64,000 nt of DNA from Thermoanaerobaculia bacterium (GCA_046716885.1 JBKJWL010000196.1:10722-74721); one strand, 5' to 3'. Shown: positions 54,973-64,000, counted from the stretch's first letter. The notes: a model not told the origin generated them from the sequence alone. Program-made: numbers and translations.

Positions 54973-55248
54973 ATGACCAAGGCCGAATTGATCGAGCGGG
55001 TTGCGGTTGCGACGGAAGTGACCAAGAAGCAGGCCGAAGCGATCGTGGATACGGTCTTCGAGGCCATCGTACGTTCGTTGAAGGAGGGCCAGAAGATCGA
55101 GCTGCGGGGATTCGGCTCGTTCCGGCTGAGGGAACGAGGGGCGCGGATGGGCCGTAATCCCAAGACCGGCGTCAAGGTCTCCGTTCCCGCCAAGAAGATC
55201 CCGTATTTCAAGCCGGGCAAGGAGCTGAAGGAACTGATCAACCGGTAG
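54973..55248 (+). CDS. ihfB: Integration host factor beta-like (HU/IHF family)
   Basis: MTKAELIERV...KIELRGFGSFRLRERGARMGRNPKTGVKVSVPAKKIPYFKPGKELK. Its position after rpsA matches cmk-rpsA-ihfB in E. coli. Confidence 0.9.
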   Translation: MTKAELIERVAVATEVTKKQAEAIVDTVFEAIVRSLKEGQKIELRGFGSFRLRERGARMGRNPKTGVKVSVPAKKIPYFKPGKELKELINR

Positions 55249-55253
55249 GGAAG

Positions 55254-55745
55254 ATGCCGGACGTTCTATTCGCCCCCTGGCGCTACGAGTATCTCGTGTC
55301 CGAAAAACAGAGCGAGTGCATCTTTTGTGCGGCGGCGGCCTCCGGGGACGACGAAGGCTCGCTCGTCGTCTACCGGGGAAAGCGGGTATTCGTGGTCCTG
55401 AATCGGTACCCTTACACCAACGGGCACGTCATGGTCGCGCCCTACGCGCACGAGGCCTGGCTGTCCGACTCGGCCGGTGAAACGCTCTCGGAGCTGATCG
55501 CCACGCTTGCGCGCACGCAGAAGATCCTGGTGGCCGAGTACCGGACCGACGGACTGAACGTCGGCATCAACTTCGGCTCGGCGGCCGGGGCGGGCGTGGC
55601 GGGCCACTATCACGTGCACGTCGTCCCGCGCTGGGCCGGCGACACGAACTTCATGACGGTCGCCGCCGGTGTGCGGGTCGTGCCGGAGGAGCCCGTGTCG
55701 ACGCTGCGGCGGTTGGCGCCCCTTTTTGCGGAGGCCGGAGCTTGA
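55254..55745 (+). CDS. HIT-family nucleotide hydrolase/transferase
   Basis: Histidine triad HYHVHVVPRW and an N-terminal CxxC (CIFC). Confidence 0.85.
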   Translation: MPDVLFAPWRYEYLVSEKQSECIFCAAAASGDDEGSLVVYRGKRVFVVLNRYPYTNGHVMVAPYAHEAWLSDSAGETLSELIATLARTQKILVAEYRTDGLNVGINFGSAAGAGVAGHYHVHVVPRWAGDTNFMTVAAGVRVVPEEPVSTLRRLAPLFAEAGA

Positions 55746-56137
55746 CCGAGAACCGCGGGGGCGGATCAGCGCGGTCCCCCTTCGTGGCCATGGCGCTCGC
55801 CTGGCTCTTCCCGGGGCTCGGCCATTTCTCCCTCGGGCGCCGCAGAACCGCGCTGGCGTTCGCTCTCATCGTGACGGCGACGTTTCTGGCGGGCATTTCG
55901 TTTCAGGGCCGTCTCTACACGGTCGAGGCGGGCCAGCCCCTGACGATGTTGGCGACCTTCGCAGTCTACGGGGCGGGTCTTCTGAACATCGCCGCGCGCC
56001 TGCTCTCGGACAACCCCGGCGGCACGATCCTGTCGCCGACGTACGAGTACGGCTGCGCCTTCCTCCTGACGGCGGGGCTGATGAACTTGCTCCTGGTTGT
56101 CGACGCGTGGGACATCGCGACGGGGCGCAAGCGATGA
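55742..56137 (+). CDS. Hypothetical membrane protein
   Basis: The TTG start overlaps the HIT stop (TTGA). It has 3-4 predicted TM helices (ALAWLFPGLGHFSLG...). No family recognised. Confidence 0.5.
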   Translation: MTENRGGGSARSPFVAMALAWLFPGLGHFSLGRRRTALAFALIVTATFLAGISFQGRLYTVEAGQPLTMLATFAVYGAGLLNIAARLLSDNPGGTILSPTYEYGCAFLLTAGLMNLLLVVDAWDIATGRKR

Positions 56138-56322
56138 TCGCCGCGATCTTCCCGGTGGACCACTTTCTGAGCATGTCGCTCTACGCGCTTCTCGTGTCGG
56201 CGTTCTTCTCGTTGCTGTGGCGGGACAGCCGCCGCGAGCGCTGGAAGCTGTTCGCCACCCTGCTCGGTTCGCTGGTCCTGGGCGGTCTCGCTGTGGCGTG
56301 GTTGATGTACCCGTTTCCCTAG
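56134..56322 (+). CDS. Small hypothetical membrane protein
   Basis: ATGA overlap with the upstream gene. 62 aa with two hydrophobic helices. Support comes from the coupling geometry only. Confidence 0.4.
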   Translation: MIAAIFPVDHFLSMSLYALLVSAFFSLLWRDSRRERWKLFATLLGSLVLGGLAVAWLMYPFP

Positions 56323-56328
56323 GAGTTC

Positions 56329-57483
56329 GTGAACCTCCTCATCTCCGCCGGCGAGGCGTCCGGCGACCTGCACGGGGCCCGCCTGCTGCGAGCGCTGCGG
56401 GCGGTCCGGCCGGAGCTCACGGCCTTCGGAATGGGAGCGGGGCGCCTGGAAGCGGCGGGCCTCGACCGCATCGTGGCCTCCGAGGCGCTGTCGGTCGTCG
56501 GAGTCACCGAGGTCGTCGGGAAGCTCCCGGCGCTCGGCCGCGCGCTCCGCACCCTCGACGGCGCGGCCCGGCGGCGCCGTCCCGAAGCCGCCGTGCTCAT
56601 CGATTTCCCCGACTTTCACGGGCTCTTGTCGCGGCGGCTCGAGCGCGACGGCGTGCCGCTCGTCTATTACGTCAGCCCGCAGGTCTGGGCCTGGCGGGGA
56701 CGGCGGGCGCGGGTCATCGCCGGGCGCGCGCGGCGCATCATCACGCTCTTCCCCTTCGAGGCCGACATCTACCGCCGCCTCGGGGCCGACGCGGTGTGCG
56801 CGGGCCATCCGCTGGTGGACGAAGTCCGCGAGGGGCTCGCTGCGCCGTCGGCGCTTCTACCGAAGACGCGCCGCCGGCTCGTGCTGCTGCCGGGCAGCCG
56901 CCGCGTGGAACTCGAGCGGCATTGGGCCCCGATGCGCGATGCGGCGGCGTCGATCGCAGGGCGCCTGGACCTGGAGGTCGTGGCGGTCCGCGCCGCGGGT
57001 CTCTCCTCCGTCCTCTACGCCGGAGCCGCCGAGAAGGGAATCCGCGTCGTGGAGACGGGGCTGCACCCCCTTCTGGCCTCCGCCGACCTCGCCTTCGTGG
57101 CGTCCGGGACGGCGACCCTGGAAGCGGCCTTGTGCGGCGCGCCGATGGTCGTTGTCTACCGCACGTCGAAGGTGAGCTACGCGATCGCGATGGCCCTGGT
57201 GAAACTGCGGTGGATGTCGCTCGTGAACATCGTGGCCGGCGAGGAGATCGTGCCGGAGCTGCTTCAGGGCGCGCTGACCGCCGAGAACCTGGCGCGGGCG
57301 GGGGAGCGGCTGCTCTCCTCGCCGGCGCGCCTCGACGCGACCCGAGCGGGTCTCGCCCGCGTATCGCAGGAGCTGGGGCCTCCGGGGGCGAGTGCCCGTG
57401 CCGCCGGGTACGTTCTCTCCGCGCTCGACGCCTCGTCCCAACTCACGGCTCCCGGCTCCCCGACGCAGCTCCTCGCGCGATGA
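56329..57483 (+). CDS. lpxB: Lipid-A-disaccharide synthase
   Basis: LLISAGEASGDLHGARL N-terminus and YYVSPQVWAWR motif. Confidence 0.9.
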   Translation: MNLLISAGEASGDLHGARLLRALRAVRPELTAFGMGAGRLEAAGLDRIVASEALSVVGVTEVVGKLPALGRALRTLDGAARRRRPEAAVLIDFPDFHGLLSRRLERDGVPLVYYVSPQVWAWRGRRARVIAGRARRIITLFPFEADIYRRLGADAVCAGHPLVDEVREGLAAPSALLPKTRRRLVLLPGSRRVELERHWAPMRDAAASIAGRLDLEVVAVRAAGLSSVLYAGAAEKGIRVVETGLHPLLASADLAFVASGTATLEAALCGAPMVVVYRTSKVSYAIAMALVKLRWMSLVNIVAGEEIVPELLQGALTAENLARAGERLLSSPARLDATRAGLARVSQELGPPGASARAAGYVLSALDASSQLTAPGSPTQLLAR

Positions 57484-59345
57484 AGCCCCTTCCTCGTCTT
57501 TTGCGCTACTTCGGCCGCTACAAGCTCCGCGCGCTCGCGGCTCTCTGTGCGATGGGGCTCGTCGCCGCCGCGACCGTGGCGCTGCTGTTCCTCCTGAAAA
57601 AGGTCATCGACGAGGTTCTCGGCGCGGGTGCCTCGGAGGCGCTGACGGGAGGCGCCGCTTCTGTTACGGGGCGGATGACGCCCCTTCTGCGCTGGCTGGA
57701 GGAGGCGTACGCCGGGGTCCGCGACGCCGCGGTCTCAGCGGGCATCGACCCGCGCTACGCGATCCCACTCCTGCTGCTCGGAGCCCTGCTGGTCAAGAAC
57801 GTGTTCGCGTACTTTTCCGAGTTCGCCCTCAACTCGATCGGCCTGGCAATGGTCCGAGACCTGCGGCAGGACGCCTACCGCTCTCTGCTGGACCAGTCGA
57901 CGCGGTTCTCCTCGGAACGCGCGTCGGGAGACCTGATGAGCCGGCTGCTCTCGGACGCGGAGCAGATTCAGACCGCCTTCGGCTCGCGGCTGGCCGACTT
58001 TGTCCAGGGGAGCCTCACGATGGTGCTGGTTCTCCTGTACGTATTCTCGCTGAACCCCCGGCTGGCGTTCGCGGTTCTCGTCGTGGCGCCTCTGCTCGTC
58101 GTGCCGATCGTCGCCAACTTCCGCAAGCTCCGCCGCACCGGCCTCTCGGCCCGGGAGCGCATCGGCGAGATGGGGGCGATCCTCGGCGAGACCCTCCGCG
58201 GCCACCGTCTGATCCAGACCTACGCCATGGAGGACTTCGAGGCGGAGCGTTTCCGGGAGGCCAATCGCCGGTACTACCGCGCCAGCCGCCAGTCGATCCG
58301 CATCCAGGCCCTGAACTCGCCGCTCATGGAGATCCTGGCGGGCGTGGGCCTGGCCCTCGTCGTCATCTACGCCGCGGGACAGATTCGGGCCGGGCAGATG
58401 ACGGTGGGCGGCCTTCTCTCCTTCCTCGCGGCGATCATGATGCTCTACAAACCGCTGAAGGACGTGACGCGGACGAACATCGTCCTCCAGGTAGCCCTGG
58501 CGTCTGCCAGCCGGATCTTCGAGGTCGTCGACGCCGAGAACGACATCCGGGAGAAGCCGGGAGCGACCGTGCTGGCGCCCTTTTCTTCGGCCCTGGCCTA
58601 CCGGGGCGTGTCCTTTTCCTACGGAGAGGCGCCGGTGCTCTCCGGCATCGACCTCGAGATCCGGCGCGGCGAGACCGTGGCGCTCGTCGGGCCTTCCGGT
58701 GCGGGCAAGACCACCCTCGTCAACCTGCTTCCGCGCCTGTACGACCCGACCGGAGGCCGCGTGACTTTCGACGGCGTGGACCTGCGCGATGCGACCCTCG
58801 CATCCCTGCGCCGGCAGATCGGGCTCGTCACGCAGGAGACGATTCTCTTCGACGCCAGCGTGCGGGAGAACATCGCCTACGGCGAGAAGGCTCCGCCGCT
58901 GGAGAAAGTGCGCGCGGCGGCGCGAGCCGCTTGCGCCGACGAGTTCATCGAGCGACTCCCTCAGGGGTACGACACGCCGGTCGGAGAGGGGGCCTCACGC
59001 CTCTCGGGTGGCCAGCGCCAGCGTCTCGCGATCGCCCGGGCGATCTACAAGGACGCGCCGATCCTGATTCTCGATGAGGCGACCTCGCAGCTCGACACCG
59101 AGTCGGAGGCGCTGGTGGCGCGGGCGCTGGCCAACCTGATGCAGGGGAGGACGACCCTGGTGATCGCGCACCGCCTCTCGACCGTGCGGCGGGCCGATCG
59201 GATCCTGGTCATCGACCGCGGCCGGATCGTCGAAGAGGGCGCGCACAGCGAACTCTTGACTCGGCCGGGCCTCTATCGCAGGCTCCACGAGATGCAGTAC
59301 TTCGCCGAGACCGACGCCGCGCTCTCCCGTCCGGCCGTTCCGTGA
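57480..59345 (+). CDS. msbA: ABC transporter ATP-binding/permease, lipid A exporter MsbA-like
   Basis: Six-TM exporter domain, then Walker A GPSGAGKTT, signature LSGGQRQR and Walker B ILILDEATS. ATGA overlap with lpxB. Confidence 0.9.
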   Translation: MKPLPRLLRYFGRYKLRALAALCAMGLVAAATVALLFLLKKVIDEVLGAGASEALTGGAASVTGRMTPLLRWLEEAYAGVRDAAVSAGIDPRYAIPLLLLGALLVKNVFAYFSEFALNSIGLAMVRDLRQDAYRSLLDQSTRFSSERASGDLMSRLLSDAEQIQTAFGSRLADFVQGSLTMVLVLLYVFSLNPRLAFAVLVVAPLLVVPIVANFRKLRRTGLSARERIGEMGAILGETLRGHRLIQTYAMEDFEAERFREANRRYYRASRQSIRIQALNSPLMEILAGVGLALVVIYAAGQIRAGQMTVGGLLSFLAAIMMLYKPLKDVTRTNIVLQVALASASRIFEVVDAENDIREKPGATVLAPFSSALAYRGVSFSYGEAPVLSGIDLEIRRGETVALVGPSGAGKTTLVNLLPRLYDPTGGRVTFDGVDLRDATLASLRRQIGLVTQETILFDASVRENIAYGEKAPPLEKVRAAARAACADEFIERLPQGYDTPVGEGASRLSGGQRQRLAIARAIYKDAPILILDEATSQLDTESEALVARALANLMQGRTTLVIAHRLSTVRRADRILVIDRGRIVEEGAHSELLTRPGLYRRLHEMQYFAETDAALSRPAVP

Positions 59346-60232
59346 TGGTGCGCAGCATGACCGGTTTCGGTCGGGCAAGCGGCTCCGTCGGCAAGGACTG
59401 GGCGGGCGAGATCGTGGCGCGAAGCGTCAACAGCAGGTTCCTGGACCTCTCGGTCAAGACCCGCGAGTCCGAAGCGGTCCTGGAGCCGGCGTTGAGGCGG
59501 GTGTTCGGAAAGCACCTGCAGCGGGGAAAAGTCGAGGTCGGCCTGCGCCTGCGCCGAACGACGCCGGCGCAGACGGAGGTCAGCGTCGACGAGAGCCTTC
59601 TCCAGGCCCTGCTCGCGCGTCTGGCGGCCCTGGCCGAGAAGTTCCCGATCGACGCCCGACTCTCGGCCCGAGACGTTCTTCTCATTCCCCAGGCGGTCAC
59701 CGTCGAGTCTTCCGCCTCCACCTTCACGCCCGACGAGATAGCCGCCGTGGAGAACCTGGCTGCGGAGGCCGCGCGCGCCCTGGTCGCCATGCGGGAGTCG
59801 GAGGGGGCCGCCATCCGCGCAGACCTGGCTCCTCGGATCGACCTCCTCCGGCGCAAGGCGTCGGTCCTCGAGGGGCGGCGCGAAGAGATCGCCCGCAACC
59901 TTGCGGCGACGATTACGGCGCGGGTTCGCTCGCTCTTCCCGGACACTCCCCTCGACCCCGGGCGCCTCGAGCAGGAAGTGGCGCTCGCCGCCGACCGTGC
60001 CGACGTCGCGGAGGAGCTGCAGCGGCTCCAGGGCCACCTCGACCAGTTCGACGGGCTCCTGTCGAGCCCGCCCGCCGGGGTGGGCAAGACGCTCGATTTC
60101 CTGACGCAGGAGATCCTGCGCGAGTTGAACACTCTCGGCTCCAAGAGCCGGGACCTCGCCTCCACGCGCGAGGTTCTCGACATGAAGGCCGAGACCGAGA
60201 AGATCCGCGAGCAGGTGCAGAACGTCGAATGA
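59342..60232 (+). CDS. yicC: YicC-family stress-induced protein
   Basis: SMTGFGRA N-terminus and a C-terminal DUF1732-like region (EELQRLQGHLDQF...LDFLTQEILRELNTLGSK). GTGA overlap with msbA. Confidence 0.85.
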   Translation: MMVRSMTGFGRASGSVGKDWAGEIVARSVNSRFLDLSVKTRESEAVLEPALRRVFGKHLQRGKVEVGLRLRRTTPAQTEVSVDESLLQALLARLAALAEKFPIDARLSARDVLLIPQAVTVESSASTFTPDEIAAVENLAAEAARALVAMRESEGAAIRADLAPRIDLLRRKASVLEGRREEIARNLAATITARVRSLFPDTPLDPGRLEQEVALAADRADVAEELQRLQGHLDQFDGLLSSPPAGVGKTLDFLTQEILRELNTLGSKSRDLASTREVLDMKAETEKIREQVQNVE

Positions 60233-60852
60233 GCGCACCGAGGGGGTTCCTGTTCATCGTGTCCTCGCCCTCCGGCGGGGGGAAAACGACTCTGATCCGG
60301 CGGCTGATGTCGAACCCGCCGGGCGAGCCGCTCCGGTTCTCGGTCTCGCACACGACGCGCCCAAAACGCGAAGGGGAAGTCGACGGCCGCGAGTATCACT
60401 TCGTGACGGCGGCCGAGTTCGAGCGCATGGCGCGCGATGGCGAGTTCCTGGAGCACAACGAGGTGCACGGCAACTTCTACGGCACGGCGAAATCTGAAGT
60501 GCTCCCGCGGCTGGCGGGGGGAGAGGACGTGGTGCTGGACATCGACGTGCAGGGGGCGCGGGACATCCGTGCCGCCTACCCCGAAGCGATCTCCATTTTC
60601 ATCGTTCCCTCCTCGGCCTCGGAGCTGGAGCGGCGGCTGAATGCCCGGGGTCTCGACAGCGAGGACGCCGTTCGCAAGCGCCTCATCAACGCTGCCAAGG
60701 AAATCGCACAAGCCGAGGCCTTTCAGTATGTTATCGTGAATGAAGACCTCGAGCGGGCCGGTCGTGAGTTAGAATCCATAGTTCGCGCGTCGAGGCTGTC
60801 GCCCAAGCGGCAGGCGAGGGTTCTCGAGCGACTTCGTAAAGACTTCCGCTAA
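60229..60852 (+). CDS. gmk: Guanylate kinase
   Basis: SSPSGGGKTT P-loop and TTRPKREGEVDGREYHF. ATGA overlap with yicC. Confidence 0.95.
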   Translation: MSAPRGFLFIVSSPSGGGKTTLIRRLMSNPPGEPLRFSVSHTTRPKREGEVDGREYHFVTAAEFERMARDGEFLEHNEVHGNFYGTAKSEVLPRLAGGEDVVLDIDVQGARDIRAAYPEAISIFIVPSSASELERRLNARGLDSEDAVRKRLINAAKEIAQAEAFQYVIVNEDLERAGRELESIVRASRLSPKRQARVLERLRKDFR

Positions 60853-60874
60853 ACATGAGAAGGGGTTCAACCTG

Positions 60875-61132
60875 ATGATTCAGACGATGCCCGAAGGGGT
60901 GGATAGCAAGTTCCGGCTCGTTTTGCTCGTGGCGCGGCGGGCCGAGCAGTTGATGCGCGGCGCGCGTCCCAAGCTCGAAACTGATCGCCCGCTCAAGCCG
61001 ACGCGGCTGGCCGCGGCCGAGTTCGAGGAGAACCAGGTGCGGTGGGGCTTCGGCGAGGAAGGCGGGATTCTGGAGGCGCCGGGCGAGGAGTCCGAGGACT
61101 TCGTGGCCGAGGAAGAAGAAGCCGCCCGCTGA
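60875..61132 (+). CDS. rpoZ: DNA-directed RNA polymerase subunit omega
   Basis: DSKFRLVLLVARRAEQL is the RpoZ signature. gmk-rpoZ synteny supports the call. Confidence 0.9.
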   Translation: MIQTMPEGVDSKFRLVLLVARRAEQLMRGARPKLETDRPLKPTRLAAAEFEENQVRWGFGEEGGILEAPGEESEDFVAEEEEAAR

Positions 61133-61157
61133 TCCTTCCGGCGCCCTGCGGAACCCC

Positions 61158-62402
61158 ATGAAACGCCCCCCGCGGATCCTTCTGGGCGTCAGCGGAAGCA
61201 TCGCCGCCTACAAGGCGGCCGAAGTCGTCCGCGGCCTCGTGCAGCGCGGCGCCGACGTGCGCGTGGCCATGACCCGGGGCGCACGCGGCTTCGTCGCGCC
61301 CCTGACCTTCGCCGTACTCTCGAAGCACGAGGTCCACACCGAGGTCTGGGGATCGGGCAATGCCCCGACGGTCGACCACGTGGCGCTCGCCGAGACGTGC
61401 GACCTGCTGCTCGTGGCTCCCGCCACGGCCCATACGATCGCCAAGCTCGCCAACGGCTTCGCGGACGACTTCCTCTCCACATACTTCCTGGCCCATCAGG
61501 GACCCGTCCTGCTCGCGCCCGCGATGGAATCGGCGATGTGGGGACATGAGGCCGTGCGCCGAAACGTGGCGCTGCTGTCGGCGCGCGGCGTGCGCGCCGT
61601 CGGACCCGAGAACGGGTTCCTGGCTTCGGGTCACGAAGGGGTCGGCCGCATGGCCGAGCCCGAGGCCATCGTCGTCGAGGCATGGCGAATCGCGACGGGC
61701 GCCGACCGCGACCTGGCGGGACTGCGGATCCTCGTGACGGCCGGCCCCACGCGCGAGCCGATCGATCCGATCCGCTTCGTATCGAACCGCTCGAGCGGAA
61801 AGATGGGCTACGCGCTCGCCGAGGCGGCGCGGGACCGGGGGGCCTCGGTGACCCTGCTCGCCGGGCCCGTGGAACTCCCGACTCCGCCCGGCATCCGCGT
61901 CCTGCGCTTCGAGACCGCGGATGACCTCCACGGCCTCCTCGTGCGCGAGTTCCCCGAATCCGACGCGCTCGTCATGGCCGCGGCCGTCGCGGACTTCATC
62001 CCTCGGGCGAGCCCGAATCGGCTGCACCGGGACGAGGGGGAGAAGTCTCTCCGGCTCGAGCCAGGCCGCGACCTGCTCGCGAGCCTGCGCCCCCTGAAAC
62101 GCGCGCAGACCGTCGTGGCGTTCGCCGCCGAGACCGAGGACCTGGAGTCCCGCGGGCGGCGGAAGTTGGAGGCCAAGGGCGCCGATCTCATCGTCGTCAA
62201 CGACGTCAGCCGCGAGGACATCGGATTCGATGCGGCCGAGAACGAGGTGCTGATCCTCGGCCCGGGGGGCCAGCGGGAAAGCGTCTCCCGGCGGGGCAAG
62301 CGGGAGGTGGCCGAGAAGATCTGGGATGCGTTTGTTGCGTCGCGGAAGAGTCAGAGCCTCTCGGCCAGCACGGTCCACTTGTCCGAAAACCAGCCGAAGT
62401 AG
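61158..62402 (+). CDS. coaBC: Bifunctional phosphopantothenoylcysteine decarboxylase / phosphopantothenate--cysteine ligase
   Basis: GVSGSIAAYKA flavoprotein N-terminus, PATAHTIAKLANG, and the CoaB half ITAGPTREPIDPIRFVSNRSSGKMG. Confidence 0.95.
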   Translation: MKRPPRILLGVSGSIAAYKAAEVVRGLVQRGADVRVAMTRGARGFVAPLTFAVLSKHEVHTEVWGSGNAPTVDHVALAETCDLLLVAPATAHTIAKLANGFADDFLSTYFLAHQGPVLLAPAMESAMWGHEAVRRNVALLSARGVRAVGPENGFLASGHEGVGRMAEPEAIVVEAWRIATGADRDLAGLRILVTAGPTREPIDPIRFVSNRSSGKMGYALAEAARDRGASVTLLAGPVELPTPPGIRVLRFETADDLHGLLVREFPESDALVMAAAVADFIPRASPNRLHRDEGEKSLRLEPGRDLLASLRPLKRAQTVVAFAAETEDLESRGRRKLEAKGADLIVVNDVSREDIGFDAAENEVLILGPGGQRESVSRRGKREVAEKIWDAFVASRKSQSLSASTVHLSENQPK

Positions 62403-63022
62403 CGCCGGGACGGGTAGATTCCGACCAGCCGCAGTTCCGCCTCCGAAAGCTCCTTTTCCAGGTCGGCTCGCGAGAAACGGAACTGCATCTCGGGCAGCAG
62501 GCCGAGTGCCCGGCGGATCTGCCAGCCCAGGTATCGAAAGTTAATGCGGTGCCGGAAGTCGACGATGAGCCACCGGCGCGAGACGCGCCGCATCTCCGCG
62601 AGCACCCTCCGCCGGCCTTCGCGATCGAGGTGGAAGAAGAACCGGATCGCGAAGACGCAGTCGACGGCGCCGTCGCCATAGGGAATGGCTTCGGCGCTGC
62701 ACTGAAAGAGCGCGAGCGCAGGACCGAACTTGCGCCGCGCCACGTGCATCATCTCGAGGGAAATGTCGGCCTCCGCCGCGCGGATCGCGCGCTCCGCGAG
62801 CAGCGGCACGAGGCGGCCGGTGCCGCAGGGCAGGTCGAGGGCGTCTTTCACCGGGCCGCCGCGCCGCGCCGCTTCGTCGAGCGCGCGCCCGATCGCTTTC
62901 AGGTCCCGTCGGTTGCGCCGGCGGCCTCGCGCGTTCTCGTACCTCCAGGAGTCGTACTCAGCCGCGACCGCCGGGTCGCGGTAGCGGGCGCCGGCCCTCT
63001 CGAAGGCGGACGAGATCGCCAT
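62351..63022 (-). CDS. Class I SAM-dependent methyltransferase
   Basis: Motif I ALDLPCGTGR. ATG 63022 is preferred over the track's 63736, which runs antisense through the UDG gene. The 3' end overlaps coaBC by 52 nt in convergent orientation. Confidence 0.75.
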   Translation of the reverse strand: MAISSAFERAGARYRDPAVAAEYDSWRYENARGRRRNRRDLKAIGRALDEAARRGGPVKDALDLPCGTGRLVPLLAERAIRAAEADISLEMMHVARRKFGPALALFQCSAEAIPYGDGAVDCVFAIRFFFHLDREGRRRVLAEMRRVSRRWLIVDFRHRINFRYLGWQIRRALGLLPEMQFRFSRADLEKELSEAELRLVGIYPSRRYFGWFSDKWTVLAERL

Positions 63023-63058
63023 GGACGCGCGGCATTGTACCGGCGATAGACTCCGCGA

Positions 63059-63742
63059 ATGTCCGGCGCCGGACCCCCGCAGGGCGAGCTCGAGTTCTTC
63101 CGCGACCTCGGCGTTCAGGACCTCTTCGTCGAATCCGCGGCGTCCACGGCCGCCCCGGCGCTGGTTCCGGGCTCCATGCCGGACCTGCCCTCGCTCGCGA
63201 GGTTCCTCGCGGGCTGTCCCCGCTGCAAGCTGTCGAGGTCGCGCACGCACATCGTCTTCGGGCAGGGAAGCCCGAAGGCCCGGCTCATGTTCGTCGGCGA
63301 GGCCCCGGGACGCGACGAGGACGAGCAGGGTCTCGCCTTCGTCGGACGGGCGGGCCAGCTCCTCACCAAGATCATCGAGGCGATCGGGCTCACGCGCGAG
63401 GACGTGTACATCGCCAACGTAATCAAGTGCCGGCCGCCTCAAAACCGCAATCCCGAGCCCGACGAAGTCGTCACGTGCGAGCCATTTCTGTTCCGGCAGA
63501 TTGACGCCATCAAGCCGAAGGTCGTCGTCGCGCTCGGCAGCTTCGCGGCGCGTGCGCTGTTGCGGACGCAGGAGTCGATTTCCCGGCTGCGCGGCCGCGT
63601 CTACGAGTACCGCGGCGCGAAGCTCATTCCCACGTTTCACCCCGCCTATCTTCTGCGCAACCCTTCGTCGAAGAAGGAGGTATGGGAAGATATGAAACTC
63701 GTAAGAACCCTGCTCAAGTCTCAACTGAAGTCTCAAGTCTGA
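63059..63742 (+). CDS. Uracil-DNA glycosylase, family 4
   Basis: CPRC...FVGEAPGRDEDEQGLAFVGRAG...NVIKCRPP...FHPAYLLR are family-4 UDG motifs with Fe-S cysteines. Confidence 0.9.
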   Translation: MSGAGPPQGELEFFRDLGVQDLFVESAASTAAPALVPGSMPDLPSLARFLAGCPRCKLSRSRTHIVFGQGSPKARLMFVGEAPGRDEDEQGLAFVGRAGQLLTKIIEAIGLTREDVYIANVIKCRPPQNRNPEPDEVVTCEPFLFRQIDAIKPKVVVALGSFAARALLRTQESISRLRGRVYEYRGAKLIPTFHPAYLLRNPSSKKEVWEDMKLVRTLLKSQLKSQV

Positions 63743-63778
63743 AGCCTAAGCCCACAGCCCAAAGCCTGGAGGCTGAAG

Positions 63779-63828
63779 CCTTGAGCGCTTGAGGTTCGAG
63801 CCTTGAGCCTTGAGACTCGAGACTTGTA
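63779..63828. repeat. Degenerate tandem heptamers (NNTYGAG x about 7) abutting the priA start
   Basis: CCTTGAG CGCTTGAG GTTCGAG CCTTGAG CCTTGAG ACTCGAG ACTTG. The complementary CTCAAG/CTGAAG units occur at the 3' end of the UDG gene (63713..63745). Confidence 0.6.
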
Positions 63829-64000
63829 TATCCGTGTCGCGGTCCCCGTTCCCGGGCTCGATTTACTGACGTATCGCGTTCCCGACGACACCGGCGCGCC
63901 TCCGGTCGGCGCTCGCGTGGTCGTGCCCGTCGGCTCGCGCGCGGTGACGGGCATCGTCGTCGAAGAGGCGTCCAGCGATGCCGGCATTCGCGAGGAGGAC
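63824..64000 (+). CDS. priA: Primosomal protein N' (3' end lies outside the window)
   Basis: From TTG 63824: YIRVAVPVPGLDLLTYRVPDDTGAPPVGARVVVPVGSRAVTGIVV, the typical PriA N-terminal 3'-DNA-binding domain. The frame stays open to the window end. Confidence 0.65.
   Translation, partial: MYIRVAVPVPGLDLLTYRVPDDTGAPPVGARVVVPVGSRAVTGIVVEEASSDAGIREED

Overview
This is a very GC-rich chromosomal core segment (GC judged by eye, not computed) from a diderm bacterium, shown by lpxB, msbA, murJ and a class A PBP. I call 69 protein-coding genes, one tRNA-Gln(UUG) and one type-A RNase P RNA. Genes are tightly packed in co-directional blocks.

Content is almost entirely housekeeping:
- DNA repair and replication: mutS, uvrB, uvrC, recG, a family-4 UDG, ssb, and the 5' end of priA.
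- Translation: rpsF-rpsR-rplI, ctc-pth, rpsA, trpS, dtd, tsaB-rimI, rluB.
- Envelope and lipids: psd-pssA, nagZ, ldcA, PBP1A, lpxB-msbA.
- Nucleotide and cofactor metabolism: prs, cmk, gmk, coaBC, ispE.
- Chromosome segregation: scpAB.

Classic syntenies recur: lipoprotein-ispE-spoVG-tRNA-prs-ctc-pth, cmk-rpsA-ihfB, and yicC-gmk-rpoZ-coaBC. I saw no CRISPR array, rRNA, transposase, integrase or phage-like gene, and no obvious accessory island.

The observations most worth a second look:
1. Five conserved genes (psd, pth, recG, rluB, cmk) encode their conserved N-termini upstream of any ATG/GTG/TTG. Each has an in-frame CTG overlapping, or within 5 nt of, the upstream stop codon; three are CTGA overlaps.
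2. A five-gene minus-strand operon holds two paralogous, ATPase-less MshEN (T2SSE_N) proteins flanking an IHF/HU gene. Both carry near-perfect c-di-GMP-binding motifs.
3. Two adjacent DUF4388 (PATAN-like) proteins have different outputs. One is a TM protein with a SPOR-like end; the other carries a J-domain plus TPR.
4. An ECF sigma / HEAT-repeat anti-sigma / DUF4097 module.
5. Several small repeats and palindromes in the few intergenic spacers.

Lineage cannot be fixed from this window. The gene content is compatible with Acidobacteriota- or Myxococcota-like organisms, but that is inference only.
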